In this document: piece after piece, positions 9,498 to 19,662 of the stretch
How positions within the stretch are numbered: the stretch's first letter is position 1
How the letters are laid out: each line of letters starts with the position of its first letter
Assembly: GCA_022360615.1 (NCBI GenBank)
Contig: JAKSCL010000048.1
Coordinates: 1-44,514 of the forward strand
Length of the DNA: 44,514 bases
Origin: Hyphomicrobiales bacterium
Lineage (GTDB): Bacteria; Pseudomonadota; Alphaproteobacteria; Rhizobiales; JAKSCL01
Direction of reading: 5' to 3'
Translations under genes and position numbers: made by a program
The notes under the pieces: generated by a model
Told to the model about the DNA's origin: nothing
What the model saw: the letters and a program-made list of their open reading frames with translations, nothing else
The model's database searches: none

Positions 9498-10406
9498 ATG
9501 GCATCGAAAGCATTGCCCACGCTCTCATCCGAAAGCGGGCTGTCCCGCTATCTTTCGGAGATTCGTCGGTTTCCCATGCTGGAACCGGATCAGGAGTATA
9601 TGTTGGCGAAGCGGTGGCGTGAGGACGAGGACCGCGATGCGGCGCATGAGTTGGTCACAAGCCATCTGCGGCTGGTTGCGAAGATCGCCATGGGTTACCG
9701 CGGTTATGGCCTGCCCATGTCGGAAGTCATCTCTGAGGGCAATGTGGGCCTGATGCAGGCCGTGCGCCGTTTTGAACCCGAAAAAGGCTTCCGGCTGGCG
9801 ACCTATGCGATGTGGTGGATCCGAGCCGCGATCCAGGAATACATCTTGCGCTCCTGGAGCCTTGTGAAAATGGGGACGACGGCGAGCCAGAAGAAACTGT
9901 TTTTCAACCTGCGCAAAGTGAAGGGCCAGATTTCAGCTATCGAGGAAGGCGATCTGCGCCCCGACCAGGTTGCCACAATCGCGGAACGGCTTGGCGTGTC
10001 CGAAGACGATGTCGTCAATATGAACCGGCGTCTCGGCGGCGATTCCTCGCTCAATTCCCCGCTGCGCGCGGACTCCGAGATGGGCGAGTGGCAGGACTGG
10101 CTGGTCGACGAAACCGAAAGCCAGGAAACCCAGCTTGTCGAAAGCGAGGAGTATGAAAACCGGCTCGAACTTCTGACCGACGCCATGGATGTCTTGAACG
10201 AGCGCGAACGGCGCATTTTCGAAGCGCGCCGGCTGTCGGAAAACCCTATGACATTGGAAGAACTCTCCGAAGAGTTCGGTGTCAGCCGGGAACGCATCCG
10301 CCAGATCGAAGTGCGCGCCTTCGAAAAGGTTCAAAAGGCGGTCAAGAAAGCCGCTTCAAAACAATTGGCCGACGCTGCAAAACGTCTGGAAGAACCAGCA
10401 AGCTAA
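9498..10406 (+). CDS. rpoH: RNA polymerase sigma-32 factor RpoH
   Basis: RpoH box QKKLFFNLR, GFRLATYAMWWI, VSRERIRQIE; GAAGGAG SD. Confidence 0.97.
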   Translation: MASKALPTLSSESGLSRYLSEIRRFPMLEPDQEYMLAKRWREDEDRDAAHELVTSHLRLVAKIAMGYRGYGLPMSEVISEGNVGLMQAVRRFEPEKGFRLATYAMWWIRAAIQEYILRSWSLVKMGTTASQKKLFFNLRKVKGQISAIEEGDLRPDQVATIAERLGVSEDDVVNMNRRLGGDSSLNSPLRADSEMGEWQDWLVDETESQETQLVESEEYENRLELLTDAMDVLNERERRIFEARRLSENPMTLEELSEEFGVSRERIRQIEVRAFEKVQKAVKKAASKQLADAAKRLEEPAS

Positions 10407-10508
10407 AGCAAATCCAGGAAAAGTGGAAACCGGTTTTCCGTCCGGATTTGCGACAAATCAATGACTTAGAGCGATTGAGCGAGTCGAAGAAAAGCGAAAT
10501 TGCTCTAG
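10403..10508. repeat. Palindromic intergenic element (RIME/Bru-RS-like), copy A
   Basis: Imperfect inverted ends CTAAAGCA...TGCTCTAG; stems GCAAATCC/GGATTTGC and TAGAGCGATT/AATTGCTCTA; core GAAAAGTGGAAACCGGTTTTCC. Confidence 0.75.
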
Positions 10509-10685
10509 CGGGCGTTCTCTGGAACGGTGCCCGGCGCGCCCACCACCCTCCTCTCTCACGCAATCGTGACGCTTGACCGGCTGGCTATCCCGGCACGGGC
10601 TCCTTAATTGAGCGGCGGCTTCAAGCTTAGGAACACCGCCCCCCGGTTTCCTGCGTCTCTCCCATTGCATTTGAAGGAGTGCACC

Positions 10686-11252
10686 ATGAGCACCATTAAA
10701 CCTCTTTTCCCGCGCCGGACCGTTCCCGATCTTTCCGTACCGCTTGCCGGCGGTGGAAACTGGACTCTTGGCGAGAAAACGCCCGAGAATTTTACGATGG
10801 TCGTGGTCTATCGCGGGCTTCACTGCCCCATTTGCAAAGGCTATCTGAACGATCTGCAGCGCCGCCTTCCAGAGTTCGAAAAGCACGGTGTCGAGGTGCT
10901 TGTCCTTTCAAGCGACAACAAGGAACGCGCAGAAAAAACGCGGGACGAATGGGGGCTTGACGCGCTCACGCTCGGTTACGGGTTGACGCTCGAAAAAGGC
11001 CGCGAATGGGGTCTCTATATCTCGTCCGGCATTGGCACGACCTCAATCGGCATAGAGGAGCCCGCGCTTTTCGTCGAGCCGGGCCTCTTTCTGGTACGCC
11101 CGGACAAAACACTTTACTTCGCAAGCGTTCAGACAATGCCGTTCGCACGGCCGGCCTTCGGCGACATCGTGACGGCGCTGGGTTTCGTGCTTTCGAAAAA
11201 CTATCCAGCACGTGGCGAAATCACCGATTTTCCGGCGCAAGCCGCCGAATAA
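10686..11252 (+). CDS. Peroxiredoxin-like AhpC/TSA family protein
   Basis: YRGLHCPIC CxxC motif, FVEPGLFLV, QTMPFARP; GAAGGAG SD before MSTIKP. Confidence 0.88.
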   Translation: MSTIKPLFPRRTVPDLSVPLAGGGNWTLGEKTPENFTMVVVYRGLHCPICKGYLNDLQRRLPEFEKHGVEVLVLSSDNKERAEKTRDEWGLDALTLGYGLTLEKGREWGLYISSGIGTTSIGIEEPALFVEPGLFLVRPDKTLYFASVQTMPFARPAFGDIVTALGFVLSKNYPARGEITDFPAQAAE

Positions 11253-11322
11253 GAGCATTCGCAGCCAACAGCAGCGGAAAGGAGCGCTGGTGGTCGAAAC
11301 CGGCGCGCTACTCGCAGGACAA

Positions 11323-12969
11323 TCAGCCGCCGCCCCACTGGGCGAAAGCTTCAGCGAAGACAGCGTTGCCTTCTTCACCCTTATCAAGCGTCAAGATCGC
11401 CCGCTTGCCGCTTGAATAAAGAATCGGAACGTCGATCCATTGACCGGAACGCATGATTGCCTCATTGCGGCTCCGGTCTTGATCGATATCGGACAAGACA
11501 ACGAAGAAAAAGTTGCCATCCACACCTTCCGATACGGGATAAGGGCCGATGGCGGAGCTGGAAAGCGGCTCGCCGGCATCCGGTTCGTTAGCCTTGAAAG
11601 ACATGGTACCGATACCCGCCACATCCCCGAACCTGCCATCGTCACCGACCTGGAACAGAAGCTCCACCGTGTGGCTTGCCGGAAGTGTCTGGTCTGTGTT
11701 GAGACGGAAAGTCATGGTAAGCGCGAAACTGCGCTCCGGAACTGTCACATCGGCCTTGATTGTCGGGATGCTCGTATTGACCGCGTCGGGTTCGAGCGAC
11801 CATACAACGCCGCCATCGAGCCTCAAATCCGAGCCATCCGCAGCAGCGGCTTCTTCGTAAAGAATGGCCGTGCTCTGAGGAACGGCGGGCTGAACAGCCG
11901 GCACCTCGACTGGTGCGGGCGCAGGCGCCGTTTGTTCCACCGTTTCAGGCGTAATCTGGCGAACCGGTTGCTCGGGCGCAGGCAAGGTTTCTTCTGCGGA
12001 GGGCACACGGTCCTCGATTTTCGGGCCCCCGTCGTCGGTTTCAGCGACAACAGCCCCCTCTTCGCCTTCATCACCAAAGCCGAGAAAAGCACCGCCATAT
12101 TCGTAAATGACAGCGCCACCGATAACGACAGCCAGGACCGCCACAATCCCAATGGTGAGCTTGGCACTCACCGGCCTTTGCTGAGAATCGCCGGAAACTC
12201 CGGTTTCAGACCCGGGCAAGGGCGCATCGTAACCAAAAGACGTAGCCTCAGGCCTGACGAATTCCGGCTCTGCCTGACGGCCATAATAGTCATCGCCCGG
12301 TTGAGGGTGAGGCGTGTCGGAATAGTCGGCATATTGCGGTGCCTGTTCGCGGTAAGCACCCGAATCGCCATAATTGTTCCCCGCTGCCGTACCATGCGCG
12401 AGATCGGGATGAATCCCAAACTCGCGCACAGCCCGTTGCAGCCGGGCCTCGTTTTCCTGCACGACGTCTTCGGAACGCTGGGTCAGTTCGCTGGCGCCGG
12501 CTGCGTAAAACGAACCGGCCGGCGGTGCAGCCTCCTGATAACGTTGTCCGCCATCGTCAAATGCCGGTTCCGGATTGACAGGCTCTAGATGGCTGCTTTG
12601 CGGTTCGGCATCGACCGGTTCCGGCTGTGGCGAACGCGGCGGCGGGCTGGGGGGCGGCTGCTGGCCTGGAAGCGGTGACGGAGGAGGAGGCGGTGCCTGA
12701 TAAGACGGTTGTTCGGGCGGCAAGGGTGCTTGCACAGGTTGCGGCGGCGGCGAGGGCTGAACGCCATAGCGGCTCTCGATCTCGGCAACCGCGCTGTCGA
12801 GCGCGGAAAACTGCGCCTGCGCCTGATCACCGCCGACAGCCGCTCCCAAAGCGGCCAATTGACGCTCCAACGCCGCCCGCGCCCTTTCGTAGAGAACCCG
12901 GCGGTTCTCGGGCGTGTTTTCAGTGAGCCCTTCCACGGCGCGGCTCAGAACGGATCGGTAATCGGCCAT
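11323..12969 (-). CDS. Bitopic membrane protein with Pro-rich linker, RgsA-like (rhizobial polar growth/septation)
   Basis: N-terminus MADYRSVLSRAVEGLTENTPENRRVLYERARAAL, Pro/Gln-rich linker, central TM helix, C-terminal domain with LPASHTVEL and WIDVPILY..GKRAILTLDKG; directly downstream of purA. The RgsA link is from recalled synteny and is not verified. Confidence 0.7.
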   Translation of the reverse strand: MADYRSVLSRAVEGLTENTPENRRVLYERARAALERQLAALGAAVGGDQAQAQFSALDSAVAEIESRYGVQPSPPPQPVQAPLPPEQPSYQAPPPPPSPLPGQQPPPSPPPRSPQPEPVDAEPQSSHLEPVNPEPAFDDGGQRYQEAAPPAGSFYAAGASELTQRSEDVVQENEARLQRAVREFGIHPDLAHGTAAGNNYGDSGAYREQAPQYADYSDTPHPQPGDDYYGRQAEPEFVRPEATSFGYDAPLPGSETGVSGDSQQRPVSAKLTIGIVAVLAVVIGGAVIYEYGGAFLGFGDEGEEGAVVAETDDGGPKIEDRVPSAEETLPAPEQPVRQITPETVEQTAPAPAPVEVPAVQPAVPQSTAILYEEAAAADGSDLRLDGGVVWSLEPDAVNTSIPTIKADVTVPERSFALTMTFRLNTDQTLPASHTVELLFQVGDDGRFGDVAGIGTMSFKANEPDAGEPLSSSAIGPYPVSEGVDGNFFFVVLSDIDQDRSRNEAIMRSGQWIDVPILYSSGKRAILTLDKGEEGNAVFAEAFAQWGGG

Positions 12970-13015
12970 ACGCTAACCTACTCGGCACGGTCCCCAAACG
13001 GGTGACGACGAATCA

Positions 13016-14308
13016 CTAGCCCTCAAACGGATCGTGAACAAGAATAGTATCGTATCGCTCCGGACTTGTTGACAACAAGGCAACGGGAGCGTCGATCAAC
13101 TCCTCAACCCGGCGAATATATTTAATCGCCTGGGCGGGAAGATCAGCCCAGCTCCTCGCCCCCTGTGTCGATACCTTCCAGCCCTCGAAACGCTCATAAA
13201 CCGGTTCGACCCGCGCCTGCGCACCTTGCGAGGCTGGCAGATTATGTATCAGTTCACCATCAAGGTGGTAACCGGTGCAAATCTTTATTTCGTCGAACGC
13301 ATCAAGAATGTCGAGTTTCGTGAATGCAATCCCGTCAATGCCCGCAACCTTGACGGTCTGGCGCACGAGGACGGCATCGAACCATCCACAGCGGCGGCGG
13401 CGGCCCGTGACGGTTCCAAACTCATGTCCCCTTTCCCCAAGCAGTTGACCGATATCGTTGTCCTGTTCGGTTGGAAATGGCCCCTCCCCGACCCTGGTCG
13501 TATAGGCCTTTGTAATGCCGAGCACATAACCGATGGCGCGTGGCCCAATGCCGCTACCGCTTGCGGCCTGGGCGGCAATGGTGTTGGAGGAGGTCACAAA
13601 AGGATACGTGCCGTGGTCGATGTCAAGAAGCGCGCCCTGCGCCCCTTCAAAAAGGATCCGCCGGCCTTCCCGGCGAGCGCGATCGAGCACCAGCCACACT
13701 GTCGCAACATAAGGCACGATGAACGCGGAGACCTCGGACAGCTCCTCGAAAATCTGATCCTGAGTGACTTCCGGCTGACCATAACCACGCCTTAAGGCAT
13801 TGTGATGATCGAGCAACCGGTCAATCTTGCCGCGCAACGTTTTGAGGTTCTTGAGGTCCTGCGCGCGGATCGCCCGGCGGCCCACCTTGTCCTCATAGGC
13901 CGGACCGATGCCGCGCTTTGTCGTGCCGATCTTCGTGCTGCCGCCATTTGATTCGCGGAAGGCGTCGAGCTCACGATGGAGAGAGAGAATGAGCGGTGCG
14001 TTCTCGGCAACCATCAACCGCTCAGGCGTGATCGTCACGCCCGATTCCCGCAACCGCGCCACTTCATCCACAAAGGCCCGCGGGTCGATCACTACCCCGT
14101 TGCCGATGATCGACAGGGTGTTCGATCGTACAACACCGGATGGAAGCAGGCTGAGCTTATAGACTTTCCCGTCGATCACGAGGGTATGCCCGGCATTGTG
14201 CCCCCCCTGGAACCGGACGACGATATCAGCCCGTTCCGATAGCCAATCGACGATTTTTCCCTTACCTTCGTCGCCCCATTGTGCACCGACGACCGCTACA
14301 TTTGTCAT
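13016..14308 (-). CDS. purA: Adenylosuccinate synthetase
   Basis: [44 protein letters not shown]; start MTNVAV with GAGGA SD. Confidence 0.98.
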   Translation of the reverse strand: MTNVAVVGAQWGDEGKGKIVDWLSERADIVVRFQGGHNAGHTLVIDGKVYKLSLLPSGVVRSNTLSIIGNGVVIDPRAFVDEVARLRESGVTITPERLMVAENAPLILSLHRELDAFRESNGGSTKIGTTKRGIGPAYEDKVGRRAIRAQDLKNLKTLRGKIDRLLDHHNALRRGYGQPEVTQDQIFEELSEVSAFIVPYVATVWLVLDRARREGRRILFEGAQGALLDIDHGTYPFVTSSNTIAAQAASGSGIGPRAIGYVLGITKAYTTRVGEGPFPTEQDNDIGQLLGERGHEFGTVTGRRRRCGWFDAVLVRQTVKVAGIDGIAFTKLDILDAFDEIKICTGYHLDGELIHNLPASQGAQARVEPVYERFEGWKVSTQGARSWADLPAQAIKYIRRVEELIDAPVALLSTSPERYDTILVHDPFEG

Positions 14309-14325
14309 GGTCGTTGCCCATCCTC

Positions 14326-14430
14326 TTAAAAGCACGATCTGGAAAACGGGAACCGGCTTCCGAACGAATCGTGCAACAAACAACCACCAAGAACGATCGT
14401 CCGGCCCAGTCTGAACGGATTTCGCGCTTG
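14326..14430. repeat. Palindromic intergenic element, copy B (degenerate)
   Basis: TAAAAGCACGATCTGGAAAACGGGAACCGGCTTCCGAACGAATCGTGCAACAAAC aligns with copy A; stem GCACGAT/ATCGTGC. Confidence 0.6.
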
Positions 14431-14558
14431 GACATGCGGGGGAAGCGAAGGATGGCCACCCAGCTGGCCACTTTCGCGGGAACGAAGCCCGCCGACCCAC
14501 ATACACCAAACCGCCGAAAAAGGATAATGGCGGGTAGGCCCTAGGGAGATGAAACGCG

Positions 14559-15497
14559 ATGAACCCGTTCCGTCAAGCGGCACGATGGCTGTTTCATCAG
14601 CCCTATTTGCTGCTGGTTCTCACAACGCTTTTTTGGGGCGGCAACGCCGTGGCGGGCAAGCTCGCAGCCGGCGTCATCCCACCCTTCACCTTGACTTGCA
14701 TCCGCTGGGTCGGAACAGCTCTGATACTTTTCATTGTCGCCAGACCGATCATCATCCGGGATTGGCCGGCGATCCGACAGAACATCCGTTTCCTGTTCTT
14801 CTGCGGCGCGGTCGGCTTCGCGATTTTCAATTTCCTGCTTTACGGGGCGCTGAACTTCACCTCCGCCATCAATGCGGCAATCGAGCAGTCGGGGATGCCG
14901 ATGCTGATCATTCTTGGCATGTATCTCGTTTACGGTGAGCGGATAACGGCCCTGCAGGGCGTTGGCGTCGTGCTTTCCATCCTCGGCGTGCTTCTCACAG
15001 CCACGCGCGGCGATCTCTTCGCCATCATGACGCTCGATATGAATATCGGCGACGTCATGATGCTGGGCGCGGTGCTCGCCTATTCGATCTACTCGGTCGC
15101 CTTGAAAAGGAAGCCGCAACTGGATTGGCGGGTCATCATGTTTGGGATGGCCAGCGCAGCTGCCGTCGTCAGCATTCCGTTTGCGCTTTTTGAGATGGCA
15201 AGCGGGCGTTTCATGGCTTTCGTGCCCGAGGCGGCGATGCTTCTCCTTTACGTGGTGCTCTTTCCGTCGCTGATGGCACAGGTTTTCTTTTTTCGAGGCG
15301 TCGAATTGGTGGGAGCGAACCGCGCCGGACTTTTCATTAATCTGGTTCCGATATTCGGCGCCCTGCTCGCCGTGCTCATTCTGGGCGAGCGGCTCGAACT
15401 CTATCACCTGACCGGGCTTGGGCTGGTGCTCTGCGGCATCGGCCTTGCGGAAGTCTCGGCGCGCCGCCGCCGTGCCGCGGCGCTCGGCGACGCATGA
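14559..15497 (+). CDS. DMT/EamA family transporter
   Basis: About 10 hydrophobic segments; LFWGGN, PPFTL...[24 protein letters not shown] motifs. Confidence 0.92.
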   Translation: MNPFRQAARWLFHQPYLLLVLTTLFWGGNAVAGKLAAGVIPPFTLTCIRWVGTALILFIVARPIIIRDWPAIRQNIRFLFFCGAVGFAIFNFLLYGALNFTSAINAAIEQSGMPMLIILGMYLVYGERITALQGVGVVLSILGVLLTATRGDLFAIMTLDMNIGDVMMLGAVLAYSIYSVALKRKPQLDWRVIMFGMASAAAVVSIPFALFEMASGRFMAFVPEAAMLLLYVVLFPSLMAQVFFFRGVELVGANRAGLFINLVPIFGALLAVLILGERLELYHLTGLGLVLCGIGLAEVSARRRRAAALGDA

Positions 15498-15504
15498 GAA
15501 GACC

Positions 15505-17091
15505 TTAAAATGCAAGCGGCTTTGCCTGTTTGACATGCTCAAGTGCTCTGACGGCTTCAAGCGTTTCGCCCTCGATCAGCGCATCCACAGAAATCAGCGC
15601 GATCGCATCGCCGCCCGGCGCCTGCCGGCCAAGGGCGAAAGTGGCAATATTGACGCCCACATCCCCGAGGCACGTGCCAAGGCCACCGATGAAACCCGGC
15701 CTGTCTTCATTGGTGATGTAAAGCATGTGCGGTGAGAACTCCGATTCCATATTGATGCCCTTCACCTGGATGATCCGCGGCCGCCCGTCGGAGAAAACGG
15801 TCCCGGCGACAGAGCGTTCCTGGCGTTCGGTCACAATGGTAAGGCGGATATAGTTCTCATAGGCTCCCTGCTGTTCGCGGAAGGTCTCTTCGATATGAAT
15901 GCCGCGCTGCTTCGCCATGGCAGGCGCGCTCACCGTGTTCACCGTCTGCAGAAGCGGCTTCAAAACACCCGTCACCACGGACGCTGTCAGTGCTTTGGTG
16001 TTCATCTGAGCCACGTCGCCTTCATATTCGATGCGGATGCCGAGAACGCCCGTTTCCGTCAATTGTCCGGCAAATGAGCCCAGCTGTTCTGCGAGCGTAA
16101 GGAACGGTTTGATGCTGGGCGCCTCCTCCGCCGTGATTGAGGGGCTGTTGATGGCGTTCGAGATCGCACCGCTGATCAGATAGTCGCACATCTGCTCGGC
16201 CACCTGCAGGGCCACATTCTCTTGCGCTTCGGTCGTGGCTGCGCCCAGATGCGGCGTGCAGATCAGGTTCGGCACGCCGAAGAGCGGATTGTCTGTTGCC
16301 GGTTCCTCGGCAAAGACGTCGAGTGCCGCGCCGGCCACATGACCCGTTTCAAGCGCCTCCTTGAGCGCCGCTTCGTCAATCAGCCCGCCGCGCGCGCAAT
16401 TGATGATCCGTACACCCTTCTTCATCCGCGACAACGCATCCGCGCTAATGATGTTGCGCGTCTTGTCCGTGAGCGGCGTGTGGAGCGTGAGGAAATCGGC
16501 CCGCGCGAAGATGGTATCAAGATCGACTTTCTCAACACCGAGTTCCGCGGCACGCTCCGGCGAAAGGAAGGGATCGAAGGCGATCACCTTCATGCGCAAG
16601 CCGATGGCGCGCTGCGCGACGATGGAACCGATATTCCCGCAACCGATGACACCAAGCGTCTTCCCGGTGATCTCGACACCCATGAAACGGGACTTCTCCC
16701 ATTTGCCGGCCTGCGTCGACGTGTCGGCCGCCGGGATCTGGCGAGCCAGCGCCAGGAGTAGTGAAATCGCGTGTTCGGCGGTCGTAATGGAGTTCCCAAA
16801 GGGCGTGTTCATCACGATGATGCCCTTTGCAGTCGCCGCTTCGATGTCGATGTTGTCGACGCCGATCCCGGCCCGGCCAATGACCTTCAGCCCGTTTGCC
16901 CTGCCGAGCACCTTTTCGGTGAGTTTCGTCGCCGAGCGCACGGCGAGGCGATCATAGCCGCCGATCACCTCGGCCAGCGCCTGCTTGTCATTGCAAAGCT
17001 CCGGCTGGAAATCAACAACGAGCCCGCGGTCCTTGAAGATCTGTACCGCAGTCGGCGACAGCTTGTCGGAGATAAGCACTTTTGCGGTCAT
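15505..17091 (-). CDS. serA: D-3-phosphoglycerate dehydrogenase
   Basis: GRAGIGVDN, GCGNIG, NCARGG, TPHLGA; C-terminal ASB/ACT domains. Confidence 0.97.
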   Translation of the reverse strand: MTAKVLISDKLSPTAVQIFKDRGLVVDFQPELCNDKQALAEVIGGYDRLAVRSATKLTEKVLGRANGLKVIGRAGIGVDNIDIEAATAKGIIVMNTPFGNSITTAEHAISLLLALARQIPAADTSTQAGKWEKSRFMGVEITGKTLGVIGCGNIGSIVAQRAIGLRMKVIAFDPFLSPERAAELGVEKVDLDTIFARADFLTLHTPLTDKTRNIISADALSRMKKGVRIINCARGGLIDEAALKEALETGHVAGAALDVFAEEPATDNPLFGVPNLICTPHLGAATTEAQENVALQVAEQMCDYLISGAISNAINSPSITAEEAPSIKPFLTLAEQLGSFAGQLTETGVLGIRIEYEGDVAQMNTKALTASVVTGVLKPLLQTVNTVSAPAMAKQRGIHIEETFREQQGAYENYIRLTIVTERQERSVAGTVFSDGRPRIIQVKGINMESEFSPHMLYITNEDRPGFIGGLGTCLGDVGVNIATFALGRQAPGGDAIALISVDALIEGETLEAVRALEHVKQAKPLAF

Positions 17092-17174
17092 CGCTAACCT
17101 CTTGATCGGGTTGACCAGCCTTGGTGACGGACACGGCCGGCTGCTGAAACGAATATGGATTGGAAAGGACGCCC

Positions 17175-18350
17175 TCAGGCGGCTTTGGGGAGCGCGTCGA
17201 TTTCAGCGCCAAAGGACCAGTCGAGCCAGGGCATGAGGGCAGCAAGGTCCGAATGTTCGACAGTCGAACCGGCCCAGATGCGCAAGCCCGCCGGGGCATC
17301 GCGATAGGAGCCGATGTCATAGGCGGCATCTTCCGCCTCAAGCCGCCTCGCAATCGCCTTGGCAAACGCGACTTGGGCATCCGTCTCAAGCGCTGTGACG
17401 CGCGGATCCACAATCTTCAAGCACACCGAGGTGTTGGAGCGCGTCTCCGGCACTTCGGCAAGAAAACCGACCCAGGGCGTTTCTCGAACCCACGCATCGA
17501 TGACTTCGAAATTCGCGTCAGCCCGGGCAAGAAGCGCTTCGAGACCGCCGATGCCCTCAGCCCATTTGAGGGCGTCGAGATAGTCCTCGACACAGAGCAT
17601 TGAGGGCGTGTTGATGGTCTCGCCGCGGAAAATGCCCTCGTTCAGCTTGCCGCCCTTGGCAAGCCGGAAGATCTTTGGCAAGGGCCAGGGCGGCGTATAA
17701 TTCTCAAGGCGCTCGACCGCGCGCGGAGAGAGGATCAGCATGCCATGGGCCGCTTCGCCGCCCATCACCTTCTGCCAGGAATAGGTGGTCACATCGAGCT
17801 TCGGCCAGTCAATACGCTGGGCAAAGACCGCAGAGGTCGCATCGCAAATGGTGAGGCCCGCACGGTCAGCCGGAATCCAATCCGCATTAGGGACACGGAC
17901 ACCCGACGTCGTGCCGTTCCAAGTGAAAACCACATCACGGTCGAAATCGACCGCCGAAAGATCGGGAAGCGTGCCGTAATCGGCAACCGTGACGCGGCAA
18001 TCCTCAAGCTTTAGCTGCTTGACTGCATCGGTTACCCAGCCAGAGCCGAAGGATTCCCAGGCAAGCATCTCGACGCCCCGCGCGCCAAGCATAGTCCACA
18101 TGGCCATTTCAAGAGCGCCCGTATCCGACGCAGGCACAATGCCGATCCGGTAATCCTCGGGAACGCCGAGAATCTTGCGGGTGAGATCGATGGAGGTTTT
18201 CAGCTTCGCCTTGCCAACGCTCGAACGGTGCGATCGGCCAAGCGGCGCATCGGACAGCGCGCCTGGAGACCAGCCTGGGCGTTTTGCGCAAGGGCCAGAA
18301 GAAAAACGGGGATTGCTCGGCCGCATGGCCGGCATGGGGAGTGCTGTCAT
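17175..18350 (-). CDS. serC: Phosphoserine aminotransferase (alphaproteobacterial type)
   Basis: [34 protein letters not shown] lysine, [21 protein letters not shown]. Confidence 0.97.
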   Translation of the reverse strand: MTALPMPAMRPSNPRFSSGPCAKRPGWSPGALSDAPLGRSHRSSVGKAKLKTSIDLTRKILGVPEDYRIGIVPASDTGALEMAMWTMLGARGVEMLAWESFGSGWVTDAVKQLKLEDCRVTVADYGTLPDLSAVDFDRDVVFTWNGTTSGVRVPNADWIPADRAGLTICDATSAVFAQRIDWPKLDVTTYSWQKVMGGEAAHGMLILSPRAVERLENYTPPWPLPKIFRLAKGGKLNEGIFRGETINTPSMLCVEDYLDALKWAEGIGGLEALLARADANFEVIDAWVRETPWVGFLAEVPETRSNTSVCLKIVDPRVTALETDAQVAFAKAIARRLEAEDAAYDIGSYRDAPAGLRIWAGSTVEHSDLAALMPWLDWSFGAEIDALPKAA

Positions 18351-18351
18351 A

Positions 18352-18402
18352 TCTGCTACCCTTCCAGATAGTCGCCTCTCGTTGGGGAGAGGTGTCCCGC
18401 GG
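18352..18402 (-). ncRNA. serC leader RNA motif (cis-regulatory)
   Basis: Minus strand GCGGGACACCTCTCCCCAACGAGAGGCGACTATCTGGAAGGGTAG abuts the serC ATG; CCTCTC/GAGAGG stem with a CCCAAC loop complementary to the 5' GGG, matching the alphaproteobacterial serC motif. Confidence 0.85.
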
Positions 18403-18465
18403 ACGGGGATAGCGGCATGGCCTTCTTAAATCAACTACGCAATTTTGCGGGGTTGGTTTTCAAGC

Positions 18466-18497
18466 GAAAAGGGCGCGCCGGATGACGCGCCCTTTTC
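18466..18497 (-). terminator. Intrinsic terminator after the outer-membrane protein gene
   Basis: GAAAAGGGCGCG-N8-CGCGCCCTTTTC inverted repeat with T-runs on both strands. Confidence 0.8.
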
Positions 18498-18544
18498 ACA
18501 TCGCCCAAAAACTGGGCTTTGGCCCCTGGCTTGGGGCCCCCCGA

Positions 18545-19282
18545 TCAATAGATCACATAGCGCAGACCGACGCGGAACTCGTTCGCTGTCAGATCGTCGA
18601 ATTCGACCGTATCGCCATTCACGTCCGGATCGGTTTCAACCTCGCCGAAATCGACATAGCGATAGTTCGCATCAAGGATCAAATGGTCCGAAAAGGCGTA
18701 GCTTACCCCAGCCATCAACGCGTAAGCAAAGTTCGTCTCCGAATTGCTTTCAAGATTCGTCGTTGAACCGTCTGGATTCACGCCGAACACGTCATCGACC
18801 GCGACATGGGCGAAGCCGACACCGCCGCCCACATAAGGTGAGAAGCCGTGAAAATAGCCAAGGTCGAGGTAACCGTTGACAAGACCGGTCCAGGTCGTGA
18901 TCGCCGATTCCTCGCGCGAGAACTGCACGCCCGAGCAGCTAAAGCACCGCGTCCCACCTGAAAAGTCGCTCTCGAAACGATAGTCGATCGTGATATCGCC
19001 GCGCAGAAACTTGTTGAACTTGTAGCCGAAGCCCGCACCAACCAGGAAGGTGTCGTCGAGATCTTCCTTTTCGAAATGGACTTTCCCATTACCGAAGGTT
19101 ACGTCGGGATCATCGAAATCGACATATCCGATATCGCCGCGGATATACCAGCCCGAAACGTCTTCGAGGATCGGCGGCACCAGTGGTGGTTCGACAATTG
19201 GCGGAAGGTCCGCCGCGAAAGCCGGCGTCGCAGCGAAAGCCGCAACGGCAGCGATATACTTAAGGCTACGATGGCTGCCCAT
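18545..19282 (-). CDS. Outer-membrane beta-barrel protein (Omp25/RopB-like porin family)
   Basis: Signal peptide ending AFA-ADL, GWYIRGDIGY, FSPYVGGGVG, terminal strand EFRVGLRY; GAGAGG SD. Confidence 0.9.
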   Translation of the reverse strand: MGSHRSLKYIAAVAAFAATPAFAADLPPIVEPPLVPPILEDVSGWYIRGDIGYVDFDDPDVTFGNGKVHFEKEDLDDTFLVGAGFGYKFNKFLRGDITIDYRFESDFSGGTRCFSCSGVQFSREESAITTWTGLVNGYLDLGYFHGFSPYVGGGVGFAHVAVDDVFGVNPDGSTTNLESNSETNFAYALMAGVSYAFSDHLILDANYRYVDFGEVETDPDVNGDTVEFDDLTANEFRVGLRYVIY

Positions 19283-19362
19283 GTCCTGACCTCTCTTTCA
19301 TACGCGGTCGGAGGCTCAAATCCTCCGCTTGTCCATCGAAACGAAATATGAGCGGACATAAG

Positions 19363-19378
19363 TTAAGTTACACTTAAC
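19363..19378 (+). promoter_or_regulatory. Consensus CtrA box upstream of the OMP gene (second near-match at 19400-19414)
   Basis: TTAA-GTTACAC-TTAAC is an exact TTAA-N7-TTAAC match; TTAA-TGAATGG-TTAT lies nearby. Confidence 0.75.
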
Positions 19379-19662
19379 CCTAACAAATTACTTCAATCGT
19401 TAATGAATGGTTATTCTTAAAATTTCCCTACTTTCTTCATGATGCAAGTCAATATAAACTTGAAAGACACTCACCGTTTCTGACGCCTTATAAGTAACAA
19501 TTGGGACACCCTCTAGGGCGAGCAGCACGAACGCCGGACAGATCCGGTCGCGAGAGCGTCCAAACCCGATGGAAAAGCCCTCCCTGCTTCGGAAGAGTCT
19601 TCCCATTGGGTATCTCCTTTCGAGCTTGTGCAGAATTGACGGTTAGCCGAGCGGAAAACGGC

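Noticed and set aside
10403-10508. Palindromic repeats considered as a CRISPR array or IS ends
   Set aside because: Copies are dispersed and divergent, with no repeat-spacer periodicity and no cas or transposase gene.
10509-10685. CCCTCCTCTCTC tract resembling a cuckoo-type sRNA anti-SD loop
   Set aside because: Single imperfect copy, no clear repeated hairpins and no terminator; more likely promoter/leader of the peroxiredoxin gene.
14309-14509. N-terminal extensions given by the ORF track for purA, and likewise chpT, ruvA, ruvB, cbiM-like, yebC and the Tat phosphoesterase
   Set aside because: They run through repeats, a riboswitch or neighbouring genes; the downstream starts match family N-termini and mostly have SD sequences.
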